DNA from: Fibrobacterota bacterium
GTDB taxonomy: Bacteria; Fibrobacterota; Fibrobacteria; UBA11236
Assembly (NCBI GenBank): GCA_043753995.1
Contig: JAYUVP010000036.1
Coordinates: 1 to 29,610, forward strand
DNA: 29,610 nt
Direction: 5' to 3'
How positions within the stretch are numbered: the stretch's first letter is position 1; every line of letters starts with the position of its first letter. The position numbers and the translations under genes were made by a program. The notes under the pieces are model-generated. The model was not told the origin of the DNA. It searched no databases and saw only the letters and a list, made by a program, of their open reading frames with translations. Of this stretch, positions 1 to 7,501 are shown piece by piece.

Positions 1-434
1 ATGCTCACAACAAAGGGATTAAAACGGGCAGAGGACTCATTTAAGTAGGTGGTTCTGGCTCCTGGGATATGATTTATATGGTTGCGAAGTAGAGAAGTGC
101 TGCCCCCAGCTCCTGTTCCATAAAAGACTCCTCCTTCGGGAGTATTGGCTGGAATACCTGCCATTTCCATCGCTTCTCTTGAGGCCTCCATGGCAAGGAT
201 CGCCACAGGATCGAGTTGCCTAGATTCTATAGAGGAAATGAAATTGGACTGTATCCACGGTAAAGGCAATGGAGCCATCCAGGAAGCTTTGGGTCCCCAA
301 AGTTCAGTCCACTTTTCGGGAATGGGTGCGACGGGCATAAAGGAGTTGCGTAATGCTTCTCGAAATGCGGGAAGTCCCTTGCCAAGTGGCGAAATTACAC
401 CCATTCCAGTGATGGCTATTCTGAGATCTTTCAC
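1..434 (-). CDS. fabF: beta-ketoacyl-ACP synthase (FabF/FabB family), N-terminal part; runs off the window start
   Basis: Not in the ORF track. Manual translation from GTG at 434 gives MKDLRIAITGMGVISPLG...RQLDPVAILAMEASREAMEMAG...GVFYGTGAGG..., the ketosynthase N-terminal signature, open to base 1. GTGA overlap with the ACP stop codon. Confidence 0.9.
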   Translation of the reverse strand, partial: MKDLRIAITGMGVISPLGKGLPAFREALRNSFMPVAPIPEKWTELWGPKASWMAPLPLPWIQSNFISSIESRQLDPVAILAMEASREAMEMAGIPANTPEGGVFYGTGAGGSTSLLRNHINHIPGARTTYLNESSARFNPFVVS

Positions 435-730
435 GCGCTAGTGATCTCGGTAGCTGTAGCTTGTAATTCAGAATTATTTGGGTTCGGGGTGGAAAGGAAT
501 GTTTGAGAAATCATCGAAACGGCATCTCGAATGGTAAGGACAAGCCGTGCTGCCTCGTCTTTGACGGCGATATGAAATTCGTCTTCGATTTCCATGATCA
601 AAGACGTCATATCTAAAGAATCGGCGCCAAGGTCTTCTCGAAATCGGGAATCCAAGGTGATTTCATTGGCGCGTGGTAAAACCTTCCTAACGGACCTACC
701 TAGGATTTCCTCAATTTTTTCACGTTCCAT
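431..730 (-). CDS. acpP: acyl carrier protein
   Basis: DLGADSLD phosphopantetheine-attachment motif followed by IMEIEDEFHI; AAAGGA RBS upstream; coupled to the ketosynthase gene. Confidence 0.92.
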   Translation of the reverse strand: MEREKIEEILGRSVRKVLPRANEITLDSRFREDLGADSLDMTSLIMEIEDEFHIAVKDEAARLVLTIRDAVSMISQTFLSTPNPNNSELQATATEITSA

Positions 731-874
731 AGCGCTCTTTCCTTTACGAGATATTTTTAATTCTCGTCACGATGACACGGCCACCGTTATGGGTTCACTC
801 ACTGAATGGTGGCGATTGGAAAGTTCGCTAAAGAGGGTAGGGCTTAGACACTGTCCAATAGGACAGGAAACAAA

Positions 875-891
875 TGCGCGGCCCTTGCCAG
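875..891 (-). promoter_or_regulatory. possible sigma54 (-24/-12) promoter upstream of acp-fabF
   Basis: Minus strand CTGGCAAGGGCCGCGCA fits GG-N10-GC with a TGGCA prefix, but the -12 element lacks TT. Confidence 0.2.
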
Positions 892-929
892 GGATTTTGA
901 AATGTCTTTGAAACGAGAAAGGTGCGCCC

Positions 930-2126
930 TTAATACTGCAATTGACGCCCTGAGGCCATAATAAGGCACTTTTCCCCGTTCGCCTTGGGAATGACAATCC
1001 AAGCAAGGCTTCTTCCCTGAGGCTGGCGTAGCATGGCCACACGGCTCGGCTGGACGGTTATCGAGGTTGGTCCCGCCCCCCAAATCAAGGTCGGCCCTGC
1101 GCCTGTGATAGCATGGGTGATTTCGCTTTGCAACGAGGCCGTGGAACTGAGGGTCAGCGAATAAGACGGCGTGAAGGCCGTGCCAGAGCCCGTCGTATTT
1201 CCGGTGCAATTGGTAAAGACATTATTCTTCTCGGTAATGGCTGTAAAATCATTGTCGAATAGGTCAATGGGCTTTTTCTGGCCGATGAACACATTGCTTT
1301 CGACTAGTAAGTTGGCCTTGAGACCGCCACGCACGCAATGCCCCTGGCCCTTGTCCGTGCTATTGAAAAGGCAATTGGCCACATGAACCTTACCGAAACG
1401 CACGCGTGGCATGCGTTCAGCCACCCCCGGTCCCCACCAAATTTTGTAAAAGGTCACATTGAGCTTGCCTTCCGAGGTGATACCTGCCGAAGATTTTTCT
1501 GTGTCGCCGCCGCCAATGAGATTGCAAAAGCGGTGTGACATTCCCGACACCCCGCTTTCATGGGATTTGTCAGTATAAGTGAACTTGGTCCAGCTGATGG
1601 TCACGAAATCGGAAGCCTTGGTGACATCGGCATTGCCGTCTTCGCCATCCATCACGGTGAGATGATCCAGCCAAATATTCTTAGCCTCGTTCACGATGGA
1701 AATGGCATCTTGGCGGTTTTCGCCCGCCGTCCCCCCGTCATTGTCCACCGCGCCAGGGCCTTCTACGATCAGATTTCTGATAATGATATTCTTCACATTA
1801 TTCATGTCAAATCCCCCTTTGACATGGGCTCCGGGTAGGCCGAGAATGGATTTGTCGCTAGCCAATACTACGCGATCGCTATTGCCATTGCCGCGGGTGC
1901 CGTAGCTGCCCACGATGCCTTTGACCCAGATGAGGTATTTGCCCGACATCTTGGCGTATTTCTGAAGGTCGGACATGGTCGTGACGGTGACTTCGGTTCC
2001 GCCCGCGCCACCGGTCGTACCGCCATTGGCCGAAGCCCACCCTGGGGGCGTATCCGTCGTCGAGGCCGCCCAAAGGGAAGCTGCGAATATCAGTTGGACC
2101 AGGCAAAAAATGAGTGTTCGGTGCAT
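930..2126 (-). CDS. secreted pectate lyase, polysaccharide lyase family 1, with C-terminal tail
   Basis: PL1 motifs GWAS..GGTTGG, NIIIRNL, QDAI, NIWLDH, VTISW and ERMPRVRFG. Start placed at ATG 2126 (GAAGGA RBS, then signal peptide MHRTLIFCLVQLIFAASLWA); the ORF track extends to 2174. Confidence 0.92.
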   Translation of the reverse strand: MHRTLIFCLVQLIFAASLWAASTTDTPPGWASANGGTTGGAGGTEVTVTTMSDLQKYAKMSGKYLIWVKGIVGSYGTRGNGNSDRVVLASDKSILGLPGAHVKGGFDMNNVKNIIIRNLIVEGPGAVDNDGGTAGENRQDAISIVNEAKNIWLDHLTVMDGEDGNADVTKASDFVTISWTKFTYTDKSHESGVSGMSHRFCNLIGGGDTEKSSAGITSEGKLNVTFYKIWWGPGVAERMPRVRFGKVHVANCLFNSTDKGQGHCVRGGLKANLLVESNVFIGQKKPIDLFDNDFTAITEKNNVFTNCTGNTTGSGTAFTPSYSLTLSSTASLQSEITHAITGAGPTLIWGAGPTSITVQPSRVAMLRQPQGRSLAWIVIPKANGEKCLIMASGRQLQY

Positions 2127-2258
2127 ACGCCATCCTTCGGGGGAGGGGTCGACCTGGTAAAGGCTGGCCTCCAAGAAATCAAGGTATGGCTTTGCGAAAT
2201 CCGTAGGTGGGTGAAAATCAGGCCTTAGTGGACACTTTTGTAGTTCGACGTGACCCAG

Positions 2259-3302
2259 TTATCCCGATATCGAACCCATTTCCCTCATAGCCTCGACGAC
2301 TTCCGGTTCATCAGGAAATTCCAATTGTATTTGCTTGAAAATGGATCGCGCTTGAACCAAATCACCGAGATTCAGTACCCTTTTGCCGATATTGAGCATA
2401 CCCGTGATGGCCCGGTGTTCACCCATTTTGGCGGCTTGTTTGTAGGCTTCCAAGGCGGATTCACGTTGGCCGAGTTGATCTTGAATACGACCGACATCCA
2501 TCCAGGCTTCTTTCTGGGAGTCGCCGCGCAAGGAGGCTTCCTTGAGTACGGCAAGGGCGAGAAATGGATTTCCCATTTTCTCATGCAAAGCGGAGAGTTG
2601 GAAGCGTACCGAAGTTTGATCCGGTTCCAATTCTAGGCTTTTAGAATAGGCCATGGCGGCCTCGGCCAATTGGCCTTCGGAAAGGTATAGCTCCGCCATC
2701 AAAACATGCAAGGCGGCGATGTCAGGGTTTCCCTCCACGGCCGAATGTAGGGTGGCCAGGGCCGAAGGGTAGTCGCCCACGCCGGTATAGGTTTCAATGA
2801 TGGCATATAGCCAATCCAGATTACCGGTATCGGCCCTAAGACCTTTTTCAAAATAATAGAGGGCTTGCGCCCGGTCGCCGATTTTGAGATAACATTCGCC
2901 CAGCATTTTTAAGGCGGTGAGGTTTTCTGGCTCGATTTTTAAAGCTGTGTGATAATGATCGAGGGCAAGCCCCAATTCACCCAAGGTGAAATAAATGCCT
3001 CCAGCATTGAGATAAGGCCTCACGAAATTGGGAGCTTCCTCAATGGCTTTCTCATAGGCCTGTAATGCATGTCCCACTTGCTTCATCTTATAAAGGCAAT
3101 TGCCCATATTGAAACGGGCCATGGGGCGATTTTCGCCGTTGGACAAGGCATTGCGATAATGGCGCAAGGCTTCGGCAGGTTTGCCTTTGGCGAAGGCTTC
3201 ATTGCCAAGATCGAGATAGCTTACGGCATTCGCCGTGATCCCATTGCCAGCAAGCATCAAAGCGAAGGCAAGGGAGAAAGAAATCGGTTTGATCGGTTTC
3301 AT
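2259..3302 (-). CDS. exported tetratricopeptide-repeat protein (TtpD-like)
   Basis: Signal peptide followed by successive TPR repeats (ARFNMGNCLY...ALQAYEKAIEEAP; YLNAGGIY...ALKIEP). Starts 1 nt after the tonB stop; last gene of the operon. Confidence 0.88.
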   Translation of the reverse strand: MKPIKPISFSLAFALMLAGNGITANAVSYLDLGNEAFAKGKPAEALRHYRNALSNGENRPMARFNMGNCLYKMKQVGHALQAYEKAIEEAPNFVRPYLNAGGIYFTLGELGLALDHYHTALKIEPENLTALKMLGECYLKIGDRAQALYYFEKGLRADTGNLDWLYAIIETYTGVGDYPSALATLHSAVEGNPDIAALHVLMAELYLSEGQLAEAAMAYSKSLELEPDQTSVRFQLSALHEKMGNPFLALAVLKEASLRGDSQKEAWMDVGRIQDQLGQRESALEAYKQAAKMGEHRAITGMLNIGKRVLNLGDLVQARSIFKQIQLEFPDEPEVVEAMREMGSISG

Positions 3303-3303
3303 A

Positions 3304-3936
3304 TTAGAATTGGAAAGGTTGTTCGATGCGTTGGCGCACGGGAATTCCGCCCATCATGGCCGGTTTGTATCGCCATTTTGAAACTGCCTCGCGGACGGCC
3401 TCTTCGAAACCGTATTTTCCGGGAACTTCCAGAAATTGGATGTCGACCACCTTGCCATCTTCACCGACGGTAAGCATGGCGCGTACCAGGCCAGTTACCC
3501 CTGCTTTTTCGGCTTCCTTGGGCCTTTTCGGGGCTATCTGAGTGACGGGTTGCACGTCCTCATCGGTTTCACCTTCGGAATAGGCGACTTGTTCGAGGTC
3601 GGACTTATTCATCGCGTCACCGCTCACAGCCACGCCAGCGCCGCCGCCACCCATGCCTAAATCCATCACGAATCGCTGCCTGGCCAGGCTTTTACCCGGG
3701 TCATTCACGGGCTTGGACGTGGGCTTATTTTTCGCTTCGGTGGGCTTTGGTTTTTCCTTTTTCTTGGGCATGGTCGGCAAAGGCACCAACCGGGTTTCCC
3801 GGGCTTCGTCTTCCACCTTTCCATTGCGGTGCTTATGCCAATACCCGAGCACCGGCAATAGGCTGAACAAGCCCGCATTGACGGCCAGGCTGAGCACGAA
3901 AGACGCGAATAGGGCGGCAATCGTGGCTATTCTCAT
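3304..3936 (-). CDS. tonB: energy transducer TonB
   Basis: N-terminal TM helix, Lys/Pro-rich linker, TonB C-terminal domain (GVTGLVRAMLTVGEDGKV...FEEAVREAVSKWRYKPAMMGG.PV). ATG 3936 overlaps the exbD stop (ATGA). Confidence 0.92.
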   Translation of the reverse strand: MRIATIAALFASFVLSLAVNAGLFSLLPVLGYWHKHRNGKVEDEARETRLVPLPTMPKKKEKPKPTEAKNKPTSKPVNDPGKSLARQRFVMDLGMGGGGAGVAVSGDAMNKSDLEQVAYSEGETDEDVQPVTQIAPKRPKEAEKAGVTGLVRAMLTVGEDGKVVDIQFLEVPGKYGFEEAVREAVSKWRYKPAMMGGIPVRQRIEQPFQF

Positions 3937-4343
3937 ATTCCATCCTGATTGGCGGCCACCGAAACCTTGCGCACGCCGGAGAGATTGCATTCATCCATCA
4001 CGTCGACGACCACACCCATGCCCGCATCCCTGTCGGCGACGATGACCACGGCCTTATCCGCGTCCTCGGCCATTTCCTTCCGAAGCGCCGATTGTAGCAT
4101 GGCCATGTCGACTTGACGTTCGCCGAGATGCACCGTTCCTTCCTTGCCGATGCCGATAAGGATATTCTCCTTCTCCAACTGCCCGGCGCTGCCGGCCGCG
4201 GGCTTGGTGATGTCGATGCCGGTTTCCTTATTGAAGGTGGTCGTCATGATGAAGAATATGAGAAGGATGAAAATCACGTCCACCAGATTGACGATGGCGA
4301 TTTCGGTTTCCTTGCGCGCACGCTTGCGAACGGACGGTATCAT
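3933..4343 (-). CDS. exbD: biopolymer transporter ExbD/TolR
   Basis: IVNLVDVIFILLIFFIMTT TM helix with the conserved Asp; periplasmic VVIVADRDA...VVDVMD motif. Confidence 0.95.
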   Translation of the reverse strand: MIPSVRKRARKETEIAIVNLVDVIFILLIFFIMTTTFNKETGIDITKPAAGSAGQLEKENILIGIGKEGTVHLGERQVDMAMLQSALRKEMAEDADKAVVIVADRDAGMGVVVDVMDECNLSGVRKVSVAANQDGI

Positions 4344-4954
4344 GTGGCTCCGGCAATTTTATTGATGAGGGTCGCACCCGCAGCCTGGGCTTCGCGCTCG
4401 ATGGCGTCGGCACGATTGGCAAGCAAGACTTGCATGACCATAAGAGGAAAGGCACAAAGCAAACCATTCTGAGTGGCCAAAAGGGCTTCCGATATGCTGT
4501 CTGACATGAGAGCGGTATTGCCCGTCCCAAAAACGCTGATCACTTTGAAGGTGTGTATGATGCCATCCACCGTTCCCAATAAACCCATGAGGGGTGCCGC
4601 AGCGGCAAGCACGGCAAGGGTCGAAAGGTTTTTCTCCAATTCGGGAATAATTCTTTTCATTACTTCGTCGAGACGATTTTCCATGTCTTTGCGGGTTCCT
4701 TCGCGAGCCGAAAACACGGCGAATAGCGCCTGGCCCGCCGCCGATCGCCTGTCACGATGGCTCAAACGGGTAATCGAGCTCTCCCAGTTCTTCTCCTCGA
4801 GACTTCGCTTCCATACGCGGTACCCCGACCATTGCATACCGGTTAGCACAAAGTATCGCCTGAAAACCAGGTACCACCCAAAAAAAGAGGCTAAAACCAG
4901 CGGGATGAGAATCCAACCGGCGTCGGTTAGTCCTTCCCTAATGGCTTCAAGCAT
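4340..4954 (-). CDS. exbB: MotA/TolQ/ExbB proton channel protein
   Basis: APLMGLLGTVDGII and ISEALLATQNGL motifs; overlaps both neighbours. Confidence 0.93.
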   Translation of the reverse strand: MLEAIREGLTDAGWILIPLVLASFFGWYLVFRRYFVLTGMQWSGYRVWKRSLEEKNWESSITRLSHRDRRSAAGQALFAVFSAREGTRKDMENRLDEVMKRIIPELEKNLSTLAVLAAAAPLMGLLGTVDGIIHTFKVISVFGTGNTALMSDSISEALLATQNGLLCAFPLMVMQVLLANRADAIEREAQAAGATLINKIAGAT

Positions 4955-6521
4955 ATTCCGAAACCTTGCGCCGGGTCGTGAACAGTTTATTGATCATGCG
5001 TGAGGCATACATCTCCATATTGCTGAGAATGCGCACCGACCACGAATCGAGCAAGTTGTACGTGATAAGCAAAGGTATGGCGATGCCCAGCCCCCACTTG
5101 GTGGCAATCAAGGCTTCGGATATGCCGCCTGCCATCAATTTGGGATTGCTGGTTCCATGCACCGTGATCACCTCGAAGAGGGTGACCATGCCCGTCACCG
5201 TTCCCAAAAGACCGACCAGGGGAGCTGCGGCTGCGAGTATGTTCATCGTGCTGATGCGCTTTTCCAGTCCTGGCGATTCGTGAAGAATGACTTCGTGGGC
5301 GCGGCTCTCGGCATCTTCTCGGGAGCCGTCGGCGCCTTCGAGCGCCGCCAGGATTACACGGCTCACCGAGCCGGGGTTTTTCTTGCAGGCTTTTTTGGCT
5401 TCTTCGATGCGACCCTCGGCCACCAGTTTTTCCACCTTACGCATCAGCCCTTTTGCCGATTGATCGCGACGCATGTAAACGACGATGCGCTCCAGAGTGA
5501 TGAAAAAACCCGAGAAGGCGATCGCGAAAATCGGCCACATCACCCAACCGCCGCCCTCGAATTCATGTTTTAACTCTTTCCAATAGCTGTGGGTCGACGC
5601 GGCTGTAAAGCCTTCACCGGTGGCTCGGGTCAATAGCACGTCCATAGGCATCAGGGCCATTTCCGTATTTCCATTTGCGAGTCCTGTCACGGCCTCGCGC
5701 AAAGTAGCCCGAATATGGACGGGCATTTCTTCTATCCATTCCCAGGCCTGTCCATCGACTCGCCCCGTTTTCCCTAGGATGGCGGCGTCCTCGCCTTCGG
5801 TAGAGACAAAGGCTTGGAAAACCTGGCCCAAACGCACACGATACCCAGCGACAACGCCAGCCCTCGCATTCGGGTCTATGCGGGTCGCCTCGACCTCCGC
5901 TCCGGTTGCGGCTGCGACGCCTTTGACGGCCAGTTTGTCCCGAACGATTTCACGAGTGGCACCCTCGATGAAATCCTCCCGAGCGAATTCCAATAGGGTC
6001 CTCAAGGCGGCTGGCGAGGAATAGTCGCTTTTCCGGAATTGGCGGCGCGCCGCTTCCAGACGGGATAATTTTTCGACGCGTCGGTTCGGAAACCCCTTTT
6101 CCCACTCAGAGGCGACTTCGCCCATTTTATCACGAACCAGTAGGCCGAATTGCTTCAGGCGCAATTCCTTTTCTTCGATTTCCTTGCGCTTCTCTGCTTC
6201 ACGGGTCGCCAGGCGTAGCAAGGATTCTTCTTTTGCGTCCTTGGTCTGGACAAGCCTGTCCATGTCGGCGCGGATCTCATTCCAGATTTCGGTGAAACCT
6301 TCTTGGGCCGCGACGGCATTGCGCTTATCCTGCCAGCGACGCACCCGAATGTCTTCGAGCTTTTGTTGATAGGTTTGGACTTCGACGCGGTATTTGTCCG
6401 ATTCTTCGCGCACTTTCTGTTCGTCTCGCCTGCGACTCGCGGCTTCGGCTTGGAAGTCGAAGGACAAGAGGGCTAAGGCCATCACCGCGAAAGCATGGGT
6501 GGTCAGTAGGGAAAATTTCAT
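4947..6521 (-). CDS. large ExbB-like protein with periplasmic coiled-coil/DUF3450-like N-terminus (TtpC-like)
   Basis: Signal peptide, long coiled coil, then GGWVMWPI, APLVGLLGTVTGM and GISEALIATKWGL ExbB motifs. Confidence 0.88.
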   Translation of the reverse strand: MKFSLLTTHAFAVMALALLSFDFQAEAASRRRDEQKVREESDKYRVEVQTYQQKLEDIRVRRWQDKRNAVAAQEGFTEIWNEIRADMDRLVQTKDAKEESLLRLATREAEKRKEIEEKELRLKQFGLLVRDKMGEVASEWEKGFPNRRVEKLSRLEAARRQFRKSDYSSPAALRTLLEFAREDFIEGATREIVRDKLAVKGVAAATGAEVEATRIDPNARAGVVAGYRVRLGQVFQAFVSTEGEDAAILGKTGRVDGQAWEWIEEMPVHIRATLREAVTGLANGNTEMALMPMDVLLTRATGEGFTAASTHSYWKELKHEFEGGGWVMWPIFAIAFSGFFITLERIVVYMRRDQSAKGLMRKVEKLVAEGRIEEAKKACKKNPGSVSRVILAALEGADGSREDAESRAHEVILHESPGLEKRISTMNILAAAAPLVGLLGTVTGMVTLFEVITVHGTSNPKLMAGGISEALIATKWGLGIAIPLLITYNLLDSWSVRILSNMEMYASRMINKLFTTRRKVSEYA

Positions 6522-7345
6522 GGCTTCACCTCACCCAATGCTGCGCGCCAAATCGGAATAGGAACAAAGCCAGGCACCGAGATTCCTTCAGCCGTGGCCA
6601 AGGCATCCTTAATAGTCTTTCGGGTTTGGTGATCCATTTCATTTTCACGCATCCATCCATATTGGACCTTTTGTGAGTCCGCGGGAATGCTTTTCAAAAT
6701 TCCCAGGTGTGTCCCGTCCAAAGAGGCATAGGCAAGAATTTGTTTGCCTAGGCGCAAGTACTTGACCTGTATCGCCTCCGCGGCGCCTTCGAGCAATAAA
6801 TCCCCCGAAAAGACCTCGGCTTCCTGGGCTAGTCGCCTCTCGTTTTGCAAAAAGGTCCAAATGCGATTGACAGCTTCCTCAGGGGAAATTTGTCCCCCTT
6901 CGATATCGCGATTCAGCAAGGCGAGACTTTCTTTCCGTTTGTCGATTCGGTATGGGATTTCAGTGTCCATGGACGGCATGAGAATCTGGGATTCCCTGGC
7001 GACCACATTATTCAAGGCTTGGAAATGGGTCTGTAATTCTTTTTCCCGAAGGCCCAGGGCTTCCAACTTGGCCATCATTTCCTTCATGCGTTCGTCTTGG
7101 CCCGCAATGGTTTTTTGCATTTCCATCCGATCCTGGGTGAATTCTTCATGCCTTTTGCGGCGGCGCTCCTCGGCCGCCTTTTCGCGGGAGGTTTCTTCGG
7201 CCCATGCCTTTTCTTCCTGGGCTATTTCTTGCTTAAGCCGCTCGATGGTAAGTTTGGATTCGGCCGCGGTCGCCGGCTCGGTGCTTCCCGCAGGCGCTAT
7301 TTCAGCGACGGTCAGCATCAGGGAAAGTAAGGACGTCAGGATCAA
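6518..7345 (-). CDS. DUF3450-family periplasmic coiled-coil protein (TtpB-like)
   Basis: Coiled coil, then IPYRIDKR...ISPEEAVNRI...YLRLGKQILAYASLDG, typical of DUF3450. Probable TTG start at 7345 behind GGAGG; the ORF track extends to ATG 7402. Confidence 0.8.
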   Translation of the reverse strand: MILTSLLSLMLTVAEIAPAGSTEPATAAESKLTIERLKQEIAQEEKAWAEETSREKAAEERRRKRHEEFTQDRMEMQKTIAGQDERMKEMMAKLEALGLREKELQTHFQALNNVVARESQILMPSMDTEIPYRIDKRKESLALLNRDIEGGQISPEEAVNRIWTFLQNERRLAQEAEVFSGDLLLEGAAEAIQVKYLRLGKQILAYASLDGTHLGILKSIPADSQKVQYGWMRENEMDHQTRKTIKDALATAEGISVPGFVPIPIWRAALGEVKP

Positions 7346-7501
7346 GGATTCCTCCGGAAGAATGGGCACACCGGTTAAGTCGTGCAAAGGTAAAGACGAC
7401 ATCTTTCAATAAGATTTCTGAATTGTTTCGCTATCGCCAGAATCAACCGATGGAGGCACCTAGAGAATATCTCTACCCCCCTAAAGCCATGGAGACGTGC
7501 A

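Noticed and set aside
145..441. 98-aa + strand ORF
   Set aside because: Antisense shadow of the ketosynthase gene on the minus strand.
851..866. Hairpin CTGTCC-AATA-GGACAG downstream of the lyase
   Set aside because: Only 6 bp with no U-tract on the minus strand; not supportable as a terminator.
594..1209. ORFs 594..911, 767..1042 and 844..1209
   Set aside because: They overlap the ACP or lyase genes and show no recognisable motifs.
6744..7412. 222-aa + strand ORF
   Set aside because: Ser/Arg-rich antisense shadow of the DUF3450 gene with no operon-like junctions.
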